NCBI GenBank assembly: GCA_051882095.1
Contig: JBJERD010000023.1
Location: 1 to 33,214, forward strand
DNA: 33,214 nucleotides
Direction of reading: 5' to 3'
Origin: Oscillospiraceae bacterium
Lineage (GTDB): Bacteria > Bacillota > Clostridia > Oscillospirales > Ruminococcaceae
The notes under the pieces are model-generated. The model was not told where the DNA came from. It saw only the letters and a program-made list of their open reading frames with translations, and searched no databases. Of the stretch, positions 11,380 to 19,373 are shown piece by piece. Position 1 is the first letter of the stretch, and the number at the start of each line of letters is the position of its first letter. A program made the translations under genes and the position numbers.

Positions 11380-11976
11380 ATGGCAGTAAGCAGAGAACCA
11401 ATTCTCAAGAGATGCAAATCTCTCGGAATCAGCCCTATGGTTATGGGCGTTGCAAAGGAAACAAAGCGTGATCCTAATGCAAACAAGAGAAAGAAAGTTT
11501 CAGAATACGGTATGCAGCTGAGAGAAAAGCAGAAGCTGAAGTTCATCTACGGCGTGCTGGAAAAGCAGTTCTATCACTATTTTGAAATTGCTCAGAAGAT
11601 GGAAGGTCAGGCAGGTGCGAACCTTATTACTTGTCTTGAGTCAAGACTGGACAACGTTGTGTTCAGAATGGGACTTGCTATGACAAGAAGAGAGGCTCGT
11701 CAGCTTGTTGTTCACGGTCATTACAACGTAAACGGCGAGAGAGTTGACATTCCTTCATACAGAATCAAGGCAGGCGACGTTATCTCACTGAGAGATAAGA
11801 GCAAGAAGAGCGAAAAATTCAAGCAGATCATCGAAGCAACAGCAGGCAGAGTTACTCCTACATGGCTGGAAGTAAACAAGGACGAGCAGTCTGCAAAGGT
11901 TGTTCGTATGCCTGTTAAGGAAGATCTTGATTACGAGATCGAAGAGCACCTCATCGTCGAGTTGTACTCTAAGTAA
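11380..11976 (+). CDS. rpsD: 30S ribosomal protein S4
   Basis: SEYGMQLREKQK, LESRLDNVVFR, ARQLVVHGH, IVELYSK. Confidence 0.98.
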   Translation: MAVSREPILKRCKSLGISPMVMGVAKETKRDPNANKRKKVSEYGMQLREKQKLKFIYGVLEKQFYHYFEIAQKMEGQAGANLITCLESRLDNVVFRMGLAMTRREARQLVVHGHYNVNGERVDIPSYRIKAGDVISLRDKSKKSEKFKQIIEATAGRVTPTWLEVNKDEQSAKVVRMPVKEDLDYEIEEHLIVELYSK

Positions 11977-12053
11977 TCTGATCGGGTCATCCGGAAGAGA
12001 AAACCATTCATTAGTGCAAGAACTATTCGAGTTTGAAAACAGGAGGGTTTTAA

Positions 12054-13013
12054 ATGCTTGAAAAAATTGAAAAGCCTGAGATTGAAACGGCCGAGCTTAA
12101 AAGCAACGGAACATACGGCAAGTTTATTCTTGAGCCATTAGAGCGCGGCTACGGTACCACTCTGGGTAACTCCCTGAGAAGAGTACTGCTCTCCTCTTTG
12201 CCGGGTGTTGCTGTTACTTCTGTAAAGATTGACGGCGTACACCACGAACTATCTACAATTCCCGGAGTTAAGGAAGACGTTACTGAGATCATCCTTAACC
12301 TGAAGGGATTAACTGCGAAGCTATACGGTGAGGGTCCTAAGACTATTTATATCGAAGCAGAGGGCGAGTGCGTCGTAACTGCAGGCGATATTAAAACCGA
12401 CTCTGAGGTTGATATTCTGGTTCCTGATATGCATATTGCTACGCTGGGTGCAGGCGCTAAGCTTTATATGGAGATCGTGATCGACAGAGGACGTGGTTAC
12501 GTTTCCGCTGAAAAGAACAAGGCTCTTATGCCAAACGCACCGATCGGTGTTATTGCTGTAGACAGTATTTATACGCCGGTATTGAAGGTAAACTATACGG
12601 TTGACAACACTCGTGTAGGACAGATTACCGATTATGACAAGCTTATCCTCGAGGTATGGACAGACGGTACTATCTCGGCTAAGGAAGCTGTATCATTGGC
12701 AGCCAAACTCCTCAACGAGCATCTGAATCTCTTCATCGATTTGTCGGAAGAGACAAATGTTGTTGAGATGATGGTAGAAAAAGACGATAAGGGTAAAGAA
12801 AAGATTCTTGAGATGACCATTGAGGAACTTGACTTATCCGTGCGTTCATTTAACTGTCTCAAGCGTGCGGGAATTAACACCGTAAACGACTTGATCGAAA
12901 AATCAGAAGAAGAAATGATGAAGGTTAGAAACCTTGGTAAGAAATCATTTGACGAGGTCAAGGAAAAGCTCCATTCGCTGGGCTATGACCTCAGTTCTGA
13001 AGAAGATAATTAA
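12054..13013 (+). CDS. rpoA: RNA polymerase subunit alpha
   Basis: [34 protein letters not shown]. Confidence 0.98.
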   Translation: MLEKIEKPEIETAELKSNGTYGKFILEPLERGYGTTLGNSLRRVLLSSLPGVAVTSVKIDGVHHELSTIPGVKEDVTEIILNLKGLTAKLYGEGPKTIYIEAEGECVVTAGDIKTDSEVDILVPDMHIATLGAGAKLYMEIVIDRGRGYVSAEKNKALMPNAPIGVIAVDSIYTPVLKVNYTVDNTRVGQITDYDKLILEVWTDGTISAKEAVSLAAKLLNEHLNLFIDLSEETNVVEMMVEKDDKGKEKILEMTIEELDLSVRSFNCLKRAGINTVNDLIEKSEEEMMKVRNLGKKSFDEVKEKLHSLGYDLSSEEDN

Positions 13014-13031
13014 TGTAAGGAGTGAATATCT

Positions 13032-13373
13032 ATGCCAGGCACAAGAAAGCTGGGAAGAGCTACTGACCACAGAAAAGCAATGCTCAGAGCTATGGTCACA
13101 TACCTTCTCGAAAACGGTAAGATTGAAACAACTGTAACCAGAGCTAAAGAGGTCAGCGCAATGACCGATAAGATGATAACATTGGGCAAAGCAGGCGACC
13201 TTCATTCAAAGCGCCAGGTACTTTCCTACATCACAAAGGAAAGCGTTGCCAAGAAGCTTTTTGACGACATTGCACCTTCATACGAGGGACGCAACGGCGG
13301 CTATACAAAGATCATCAAGACAGGTCCCCGCCGTGGAGACGCTGCTGAGATGGCTATTATCCAGTTGGTTTAA
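13032..13373 (+). CDS. rplQ: 50S ribosomal protein L17
   Basis: [25 protein letters not shown]. Confidence 0.98.
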   Translation: MPGTRKLGRATDHRKAMLRAMVTYLLENGKIETTVTRAKEVSAMTDKMITLGKAGDLHSKRQVLSYITKESVAKKLFDDIAPSYEGRNGGYTKIIKTGPRRGDAAEMAIIQLV

Positions 13374-13388
13374 TTCTATAAGATATTT

Positions 13389-13420
13389 AAAGCGGTGCAG
13401 CAAGTCTGCGCCGCTTTTTT
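13389..13420 (+). terminator. Intrinsic terminator of the ribosomal superoperon
   Basis: AAAGCGGTGCAG-caagt-CTGCGCCGCTTT stem followed by a T-tract. Confidence 0.9.
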
Positions 13421-13494
13421 GTATTCGGTTGTTGCGATTTGTCTAAATCCGAAAGCTGAAAATTGTGCATTTTACAGAATAAGAAGAGCAATCC

Positions 13495-13523
13495 TTGACA
13501 AAGGCAAAAAGTGGCATTATAAT
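13495..13523 (+). promoter_or_regulatory. SigA-type promoter
   Basis: TTGACA-17 nt-TATAAT, exact consensus. Confidence 0.88.
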
Positions 13524-13634
13524 TTAAAGTGTGATATTGCGGCTATTTTGTCGAAAAATGCAGATCAGAGACGTTTTTTTCGTGCCGCAAATAATTGCAA
13601 AGGAGGTATGCTCAAAACCTGAGCATGAAAGAAT

Positions 13635-16175
13635 ATGAAAAAAGGTTTATTGAAAAAAGCAGCCGCAGCGGCGCTTACGCTGGGACTTATGTTTGCGGCA
13701 GCCGCCATTCCGGGACTTGCCGAGAGACTGGGCATCACGGCTTCGGCTTATGAGCTGACAAGCGAAGGGTTTATGTATGAGTACCTTGATCTGTATGAAG
13801 AATATCGTATAGTCGGTTATGCAGGAGCTTCCGATACTGCTGCTATTCCCGACAAGATCAACGGTTCAACAAATATTGTGGTGGATTATGATTTCGCATA
13901 CAACAGTGGAAATCTTAAAACGGTGTATGTGCCCACATATGTTTATGTAAGCACATACGACGATACTCTGGGTTACAGCTATAACTCGACTACAGGTGAG
14001 TATACAAAGATAAGCGGCTTTACAATAAGGGCTGCTAAGGGTTCATATGCTTACCGTTATGCGGTGGAAAAGGATATCAGCTTTGAAGAGCAGTATGACC
14101 TTTCGGATTTTAACGTTAGTCTTGACGCAGACGTGTGGGCAGAGTTTGACTATACCGGTTATTACATCAAGCCAAACGTTATTGTTACCAGAGAATACTA
14201 TGATTATGCTTCCGGTAATTATGAAACTATAACGCTTGAAAAAGGAACCGATTATTCCCTTTCCTATAAAAATAATAAATATCCCGGCACAGCCACGGTA
14301 ACGGTTACTGGTCAGAACGGGGTAACCGGTACGGTAGATCTTACGTTCACCATTCGTCCCACTTCGATTTATAATACCGAGATCACACTGGATGACACTT
14401 ATCCATACAAAGGCGGCAATCCCGTAAACCCCAAGCCTGTTATAAAGTATAAAGGACAAACTCTTGTGGAGGGTACGGATTATACTCTTTCATATGAAGA
14501 CGACGGCGATATCGGCTCTGCTTATGTGGAGATAACAGGTTTAAACGGTTTTACCAATACTTGCAGCACTTATTATTATATTGATACCGCTCCCCTTTCG
14601 GGTGCGTCGGTAACACTTGCTCAGACAAGCTATACATATTCGGGAAGCAGCTTCACACCGGGCACAACTGTCAGGCTGAATGGTGTAACTCTTAAAAGAG
14701 GCACCGACTATACTGTTTCCTACAGCAATAACATCAACGCAGGAACAGCAAAGGTGTCTATAACAGGTGACGGATATTATTACAGCGGAACTATCACAAA
14801 AACCTTTAAGATAAATCCTAAAACGCCGACAACGGTAACTGTTGCGGCAATTTCTCCGCAGTCTTATACAGGAAGCGCTGTTACGCCAAAGCCAAAGGTC
14901 TATGCCGACGGAAAGCTTCTGACAAACGGTATGGATTATACTCTTACATACACAAACAATAAGAACATAGGAACAGCTTCATGCAAGGTAACGCTCAAGG
15001 GTAACTATACGGCAGTTACAAGGACGGTGAAGTTCTCTATCAAGTTCGGAATAGTAAATAATCTGAAAGTGTCCAAGACCGCTGCTAAAAGCGTAAGCCT
15101 TAAATGGGACAAGGCTCCCCTTGCTCAGGGCTATCAGATTTTCAGATATGACCCGGCAAAGAAAACGTGGGTCAAGGTCAAGGTAATAAGATCGGGTTCT
15201 ACCACTACCTACACCAGCGGAACGCTGACAAGCGCAAAGGAATATCAGTATGCCGTAAAGGCGTTCAGAAAGCTTTCGGACGGCTCATATCAGTTCGGAA
15301 CAAAGAGTACCGTTACCTGCTATACAAAGCCCATGACTCCGTCTATCACCATTAAGTCCTACAACAAAAAGGCGCTTATCAAATGGAGTACAAACAGCCG
15401 CACGGAGGGCTATGAGATACACTGGTGCGGAGGCTGCTCTGCTCCATGTACCGATGAATACTCCTCCGACTGCTATAATTGGGAATACAAAAAGCTGAAA
15501 ACAATAACAGGCAACAAGGTAACAAGCTATAAAAAGACAGGTCTTTCAAACTCCACAAATTATCACTTCAAGATAAGAGCCTATAAGACCTTCAACGGCA
15601 AAAAGGTCTACAGCGCATGGTCTGAGGTAAAGAACACACGCTGCGCTCTTGCAAGACTTAACGCCGTAACGCTGAAAACCAGAAGCACTTATAAGGAAGT
15701 CAACGTTCAGGGAACGACCAGCTATACCACAACTCACACTCTGACGGCTGAGGAAAAGAAGATACTTGCAAACTTTGCAAGCAAGCACTTCAAAAAGGGT
15801 TGGTCTGCGGCTCAGAAGGTAGTATATACCTCCGAGTGGATAAGAAACAACCTTACATACGGCAACATTCCTACGGCTTCGCATACCAAGAACATCTTTG
15901 TATATAAGGAAGGACAGTGTACAGATTACAACGGCGCAATGATCGAGATGATGACTTATCTTGGCTATGATGCAAGAGTAATCAGAGGCTGGAGAACAAG
16001 CGGAAGTCCACATTCATGGGGTGAGATAACCATTGACGGTCAGGTTTACCTTATCGAGGTAGGCGAGACCAGATACGACAGCCCCGGCTGGGGATACAAG
16101 TGGAAGTTCCTTTGCCAGATGTATTCCGAAAAGCAGGAAAACAGCGGATATATCAAGCTTGGTAAGGTGTATTGA
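13635..16175 (+). CDS. Secreted modular surface protein: signal peptide, degenerate BspA-LRR caps, 4 Ig-like repeats, 2 Fn3 domains, C-terminal transglutaminase-like domain
   Basis: MKK plus hydrophobic signal ending ASA; four G[TM]DY.[LV].Y repeats; Fn3 W/GY/Y pattern twice; GQCTDY...HSW.E..IDG core. Confidence 0.8.
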   Translation: MKKGLLKKAAAAALTLGLMFAAAAIPGLAERLGITASAYELTSEGFMYEYLDLYEEYRIVGYAGASDTAAIPDKINGSTNIVVDYDFAYNSGNLKTVYVPTYVYVSTYDDTLGYSYNSTTGEYTKISGFTIRAAKGSYAYRYAVEKDISFEEQYDLSDFNVSLDADVWAEFDYTGYYIKPNVIVTREYYDYASGNYETITLEKGTDYSLSYKNNKYPGTATVTVTGQNGVTGTVDLTFTIRPTSIYNTEITLDDTYPYKGGNPVNPKPVIKYKGQTLVEGTDYTLSYEDDGDIGSAYVEITGLNGFTNTCSTYYYIDTAPLSGASVTLAQTSYTYSGSSFTPGTTVRLNGVTLKRGTDYTVSYSNNINAGTAKVSITGDGYYYSGTITKTFKINPKTPTTVTVAAISPQSYTGSAVTPKPKVYADGKLLTNGMDYTLTYTNNKNIGTASCKVTLKGNYTAVTRTVKFSIKFGIVNNLKVSKTAAKSVSLKWDKAPLAQGYQIFRYDPAKKTWVKVKVIRSGSTTTYTSGTLTSAKEYQYAVKAFRKLSDGSYQFGTKSTVTCYTKPMTPSITIKSYNKKALIKWSTNSRTEGYEIHWCGGCSAPCTDEYSSDCYNWEYKKLKTITGNKVTSYKKTGLSNSTNYHFKIRAYKTFNGKKVYSAWSEVKNTRCALARLNAVTLKTRSTYKEVNVQGTTSYTTTHTLTAEEKKILANFASKHFKKGWSAAQKVVYTSEWIRNNLTYGNIPTASHTKNIFVYKEGQCTDYNGAMIEMMTYLGYDARVIRGWRTSGSPHSWGEITIDGQVYLIEVGETRYDSPGWGYKWKFLCQMYSEKQENSGYIKLGKVY
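14090..15050 (+). repeat. Four tandem Ig-like protein repeats, 76-aa period (outer boundaries approximate)
   Basis: G[TM]DY codons begin at 14244, 14472, 14700 and 14928, 228 nt apart. Confidence 0.85.
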
Positions 16176-16190
16176 TAAACTTGAAATAAT

Positions 16191-16235
16191 AAAAACCGGC
16201 GCACCGTCTAAATAGACCGTGCGCCGGTTTTGTTT
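16191..16235. terminator. Bidirectional terminator between convergent genes
   Basis: AAAACCGGCGCACCGTCTA-aa-TAGACCGTGCGCCGGTTTT with one mismatch; A/T tracts on both sides. Confidence 0.9.
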
Positions 16236-16239
16236 GCAG

Positions 16240-17694
16240 TTACTGATTAAATACGGTTTTTTCAAGCCGCCGGTTGGAATCAAGTGCACTCATTATCTTT
16301 TGCGCAGATTCTACATCCGTAAGATATGACAGGCTGTATGAGAAATATGTTTTATCATAATAATCAGAATTTCTGATGATGTCTATGTCTACAGATACTT
16401 TGCCCAGTTCGTTGTCAGCATCGCCGCCCGAAAGCCAGCCTAAGAAATCGGACAGGCTCTTTTCATCGTAGGTGTTGTATTCACGGAAAAGATCGGAAAT
16501 TTCTGCGGCTTCCTCAGCGCTCAGTTCATAGCTGTCCCAGTCGTAAGCAGGATAATTGTCGAAATAATCGTCACAATTGCTGTAATCGAATATGGAGATA
16601 TGTATCGAGCTGCCGTCCAGATACTCCTTGGGAGGAGCATATCCCCTGTATCCGAAGCCGTCTGTGGCGTAGCCAACTGCTGCTATTGCAACGTAGATGC
16701 AAAGCGAAACAAGATACTTTCCCAGCCATATAAGAATGTCCGCAGCCTTTATCTTTGCACGGGTTATGATTATTCTGATAACAAAGTAAACGATGAGAGA
16801 AAGTATCAGTCCTATGATTATTTCCGAGTCGTTCCAGAAGAAAATGAAAATAGTCATCAGTCCTAAGAACATGAACATCTCGAAAAATGCAGGAAATACT
16901 ACCGACTTGCCTACCGTTTTTGCATCACGTCTTGTGTATATAAGTTGTGTGACGAATATGACGGCAATGGATATCGCCCAGCTGATAAGATTGCTTCTTA
17001 CGCACAAGGCGGAAAGCTCCTCGTCAAAGCTGATTATTCCCGAGTATGTCCAGTATCCGAAATATACCTCTGTTGTGTTGCATTGCACTCCCGCAAACTG
17101 TTCAACGATAACGTTAAAGAAAGCGTAAGGCAGCAGCGATAAGCAGGTAAGTGTTATGAGCGAGGTGTAAATGCTTTCAGCAAAGGTTCCGCAGCAGCAG
17201 CAACAGAATATCGTAACAGCGTCGGTGAAAAGAGCAATGCTCATCAGCAGCAGGAATGAAGCTGTTGTGTGTTCAAGCACGTCGCCGCTCATACCGTTAA
17301 GCAATATTGCAAGCAGACCGCCGATAAACGAATAGGCTATCATAGGCAGTATCTGTATCCAGAAAAGCGACAGCAGCTTTGAATGATAACGCTCTCTTGC
17401 GCTCAGAGGCATTGAAAGCTGAACGTCGGCAGTCTGAACGTTGTGCATATCCTTGAAAAGATTTATCACCGCAATAAATCCGCAAAAAGCGGCGGTAAGG
17501 AACAAAAAGCAGCCAAGCCCCGAGGGATAAACATATATACGGTCGTTTATGCCTATAGAGTCTGTCTCCATGCCGATACCGTAGACCGCTGCGCCTATTG
17601 CAAGAAGTATCTGCATGATGATAAAAATTTTCTTGTGAGTATATGTTTCCGACTTGGCGGCAAGCTTAATTCTGTTGAAGGACATCGCAGCCAT
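16240..17694 (-). CDS. ABC transporter permease (YtrC/D-like, multi-pass)
   Basis: About 10-11 hydrophobic segments, 'LSMPLSARERYHSKLL' ABC-2-type loop, acidic C-terminal soluble domain; overlaps the ATPase gene. Confidence 0.8.
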   Translation of the reverse strand: MAAMSFNRIKLAAKSETYTHKKIFIIMQILLAIGAAVYGIGMETDSIGINDRIYVYPSGLGCFLFLTAAFCGFIAVINLFKDMHNVQTADVQLSMPLSARERYHSKLLSLFWIQILPMIAYSFIGGLLAILLNGMSGDVLEHTTASFLLLMSIALFTDAVTIFCCCCCGTFAESIYTSLITLTCLSLLPYAFFNVIVEQFAGVQCNTTEVYFGYWTYSGIISFDEELSALCVRSNLISWAISIAVIFVTQLIYTRRDAKTVGKSVVFPAFFEMFMFLGLMTIFIFFWNDSEIIIGLILSLIVYFVIRIIITRAKIKAADILIWLGKYLVSLCIYVAIAAVGYATDGFGYRGYAPPKEYLDGSSIHISIFDYSNCDDYFDNYPAYDWDSYELSAEEAAEISDLFREYNTYDEKSLSDFLGWLSGGDADNELGKVSVDIDIIRNSDYYDKTYFSYSLSYLTDVESAQKIMSALDSNRRLEKTVFNQ

Positions 17695-18604
17695 AGCCTC
17701 TCACCTCCAGTTCGTAAATAAATATCTCCTCCAGCGTAAGAGGAATTATCTCAAGAATATCGGGAGTAAGAGCGTAAAGCCGTTTAAGTATATCCTGTTC
17801 TTCTCCCTTGACGATGACCTGAGCAACGCTGCCCACAGCGGAGAACTGCATGACCGAAACGCCCGTGCTTTCCATATCCTGCCGTGTAATTGTCCTGTCC
17901 TTGCAGGCAAGCTGCACTTTTCTGAAGCTGCCCTTTATCTCGTCTATCTCGTCGGCAAAAACAAGCTTGCCCTTATGTATAAGCATAGCTCTGTCGCAAA
18001 GCTCGTTTATCTCGGCAATGTTGTGAGATGATACTATAAGCGTTGCGTTGCGGTCAAGCATTTCGTCGGCTATCATTCCCTTGACAAGCTTTCTCATTGC
18101 AGGGTCAAGACCGTCAAACGCCTCGTCCAGCATAAGATATTCCGTCATGCAGGCAAGACCGATAATAACTACCGACTGACGCTTCATTCCCTTTGAAAAC
18201 TCCGCAAGTCTTTTGTTCAAAGGCAGAGCAAGCTTTTTTGAAAGCCTGTCGAAAACCTCGTCCGAAAAGCCGGGGTACAGATTTTTATAATACTTCCGCA
18301 GGTCGTTAAGAGTAAAAGACGTATACTGCACCGTTTCGTCATTCACAAAAAATATTTTTGATTTTGCGTCAGGATTGTCGTAAACCTCCTCGCCGTCGAT
18401 AGTGATACTTCCCGACTGCGTCTTATAAACTCCGCACATCATTCTCATAAGGGTGCTTTTTCCTGCGCCGTTTGAGCCTAAAAAGCCGTATGCGCAGCCC
18501 TGCGGAATGGTAATGCTTATGTCGTCCAGGGCTTTGTATTTCTCTTTATTTTTTGAAAGACCTTCGCCGCCGAATTCCATAGACACATTCTTTATTTCTA
18601 TCAT
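17666..18604 (-). CDS. ABC transporter ATP-binding protein (YtrB-like)
   Basis: Walker A GSNGAGKS, signature FSKGMKRQ, Walker B MLDEAFDGLD, SSH switch. Confidence 0.95.
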   Translation of the reverse strand: MIEIKNVSMEFGGEGLSKNKEKYKALDDISITIPQGCAYGFLGSNGAGKSTLMRMMCGVYKTQSGSITIDGEEVYDNPDAKSKIFFVNDETVQYTSFTLNDLRKYYKNLYPGFSDEVFDRLSKKLALPLNKRLAEFSKGMKRQSVVIIGLACMTEYLMLDEAFDGLDPAMRKLVKGMIADEMLDRNATLIVSSHNIAEINELCDRAMLIHKGKLVFADEIDEIKGSFRKVQLACKDRTITRQDMESTGVSVMQFSAVGSVAQVIVKGEEQDILKRLYALTPDILEIIPLTLEEIFIYELEVRGYGCDVLQQN

Positions 18605-18978
18605 TTGCCTTCTCCTCCCTGATTTTTATTTTCTGATGCCTCATTCACCAGCTGTATGAGCCGCTGAGGACTGATACCGTAATCAAGAGCTTCTTTGATC
18701 TTTTCGGTAAGTTCCTTAGTGAGCCTTGTTTCCACAATGCTCTGCTGTTTTGCCACAAAGCAGCCTATCCCTGCCACCGAATAGATTATCCCGTCGTGTT
18801 CAAGACGGCTGTAAGCCTTTGCCACCGTATTGGGATTAAGTCCAAGGTCCTTAGCCAAAGCTCTTGCGCCGGGAAGCTTATCATTCTCATTCAGCAGCCC
18901 TTTGGCAATGTCTGCGCATATGCACTTGCATATCTGCTCATAAATAGGCATTCTTCCTGTAACATCTACCGTAATCAC
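18601..18978 (-). CDS. GntR-family regulator, YtrA subfamily
   Basis: 125 aa with PIYEQI, KLPGARALA, NPNTVAKAY; GTG start after AGGAG; ATGA overlap with the ATPase gene. Confidence 0.93.
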   Translation of the reverse strand: MITVDVTGRMPIYEQICKCICADIAKGLLNENDKLPGARALAKDLGLNPNTVAKAYSRLEHDGIIYSVAGIGCFVAKQQSIVETRLTKELTEKIKEALDYGISPQRLIQLVNEASENKNQGGEGK

Positions 18979-19140
18979 ATCATCACTCCTTTTTTAACTC
19001 CGTTATCGCTCGCTTTGCTTGCTTACATCTTGTTCATTAACGAGATGTAACAGACCGCTCGCATGGGTAATTCCGTTGTAAGGGATAATGGAGCTTTTTT
19101 CAACTGTAGGTGAGAACCATAACTGTCCGTTTTGCCGACC

Positions 19141-19174
19141 GGTGTACTATGTGTATTATCTGTAGTAGTACACC
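19141..19174. promoter_or_regulatory. YtrA-type operator
   Basis: GTGTA-N13-TACAC at 19151-19173 matches the B. subtilis YtrA site spacing; outer repeat GGTGTACTA/TAGTACACC; lies just downstream of the -10. Confidence 0.85.
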
Positions 19175-19177
19175 TGA

Positions 19178-19206
19178 ATTATAGCACCGCACTGAGAGAA
19201 AGTCAA
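19178..19206 (-). promoter_or_regulatory. SigA-type promoter of the ytr-like operon
   Basis: Minus strand TTGACT-17 nt-TATAAT with extended -10 (TGc). Confidence 0.85.
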
Positions 19207-19270
19207 TGATCTGCCAAACATTTTGGCAAAGTCTACAAATGTGAGGGCATAACAATGTGTATAATGCACT

Positions 19271-19305
19271 AAAAAAGAACGCTCCGAAAATATCGGAACG
19301 TTCTT
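19271..19305 (-). terminator. Terminator after the LCP gene
   Basis: Minus strand AAGAACGTTCCGA-tattt-TCGGAGCGTTCTT followed by TTTT. Confidence 0.8.
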
Positions 19306-19330
19306 ATAAAATACTGTTGGCAAAACGGCT

Positions 19331-19356
19331 GTAGGGGACGGCGTCCTCGACGTCCC
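19331..19356 (+). repeat. GTAG-family REP-like element (single copy in the window)
   Basis: GTAG followed by the imperfect palindrome GGGACGgCG-tcct-CGaCGTCCC, intergenic. Confidence 0.65.
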
Positions 19357-19373
19357 GCTATGAGTGTTTAAAA

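Noticed and set aside
13395-13622. 75-aa ORF after rplQ, and the ORFs at 23241-23645 and 19156-19377
   Set aside because: They run through terminators and promoters and have no RBS or recognisable motif.
13608-13634. TGA readthrough or an alternative genetic code joining MLKT to the 846-aa ORF
   Set aside because: TGA is a normal stop in this window (rfbA, rfbB, GntR gene), and two in-frame TGAs would need bypassing.
14090-15050. CRISPR array or DGR-like nucleotide repeat
   Set aside because: The repeats are similar only at protein level within one CDS; no cas or reverse transcriptase gene is present.
19100-19140. c-di-GMP-I riboswitch suggested by GGCAAA in the ytrA leader
   Set aside because: The GNRA-capped stem and the downstream conserved GCAAAG segment are absent.
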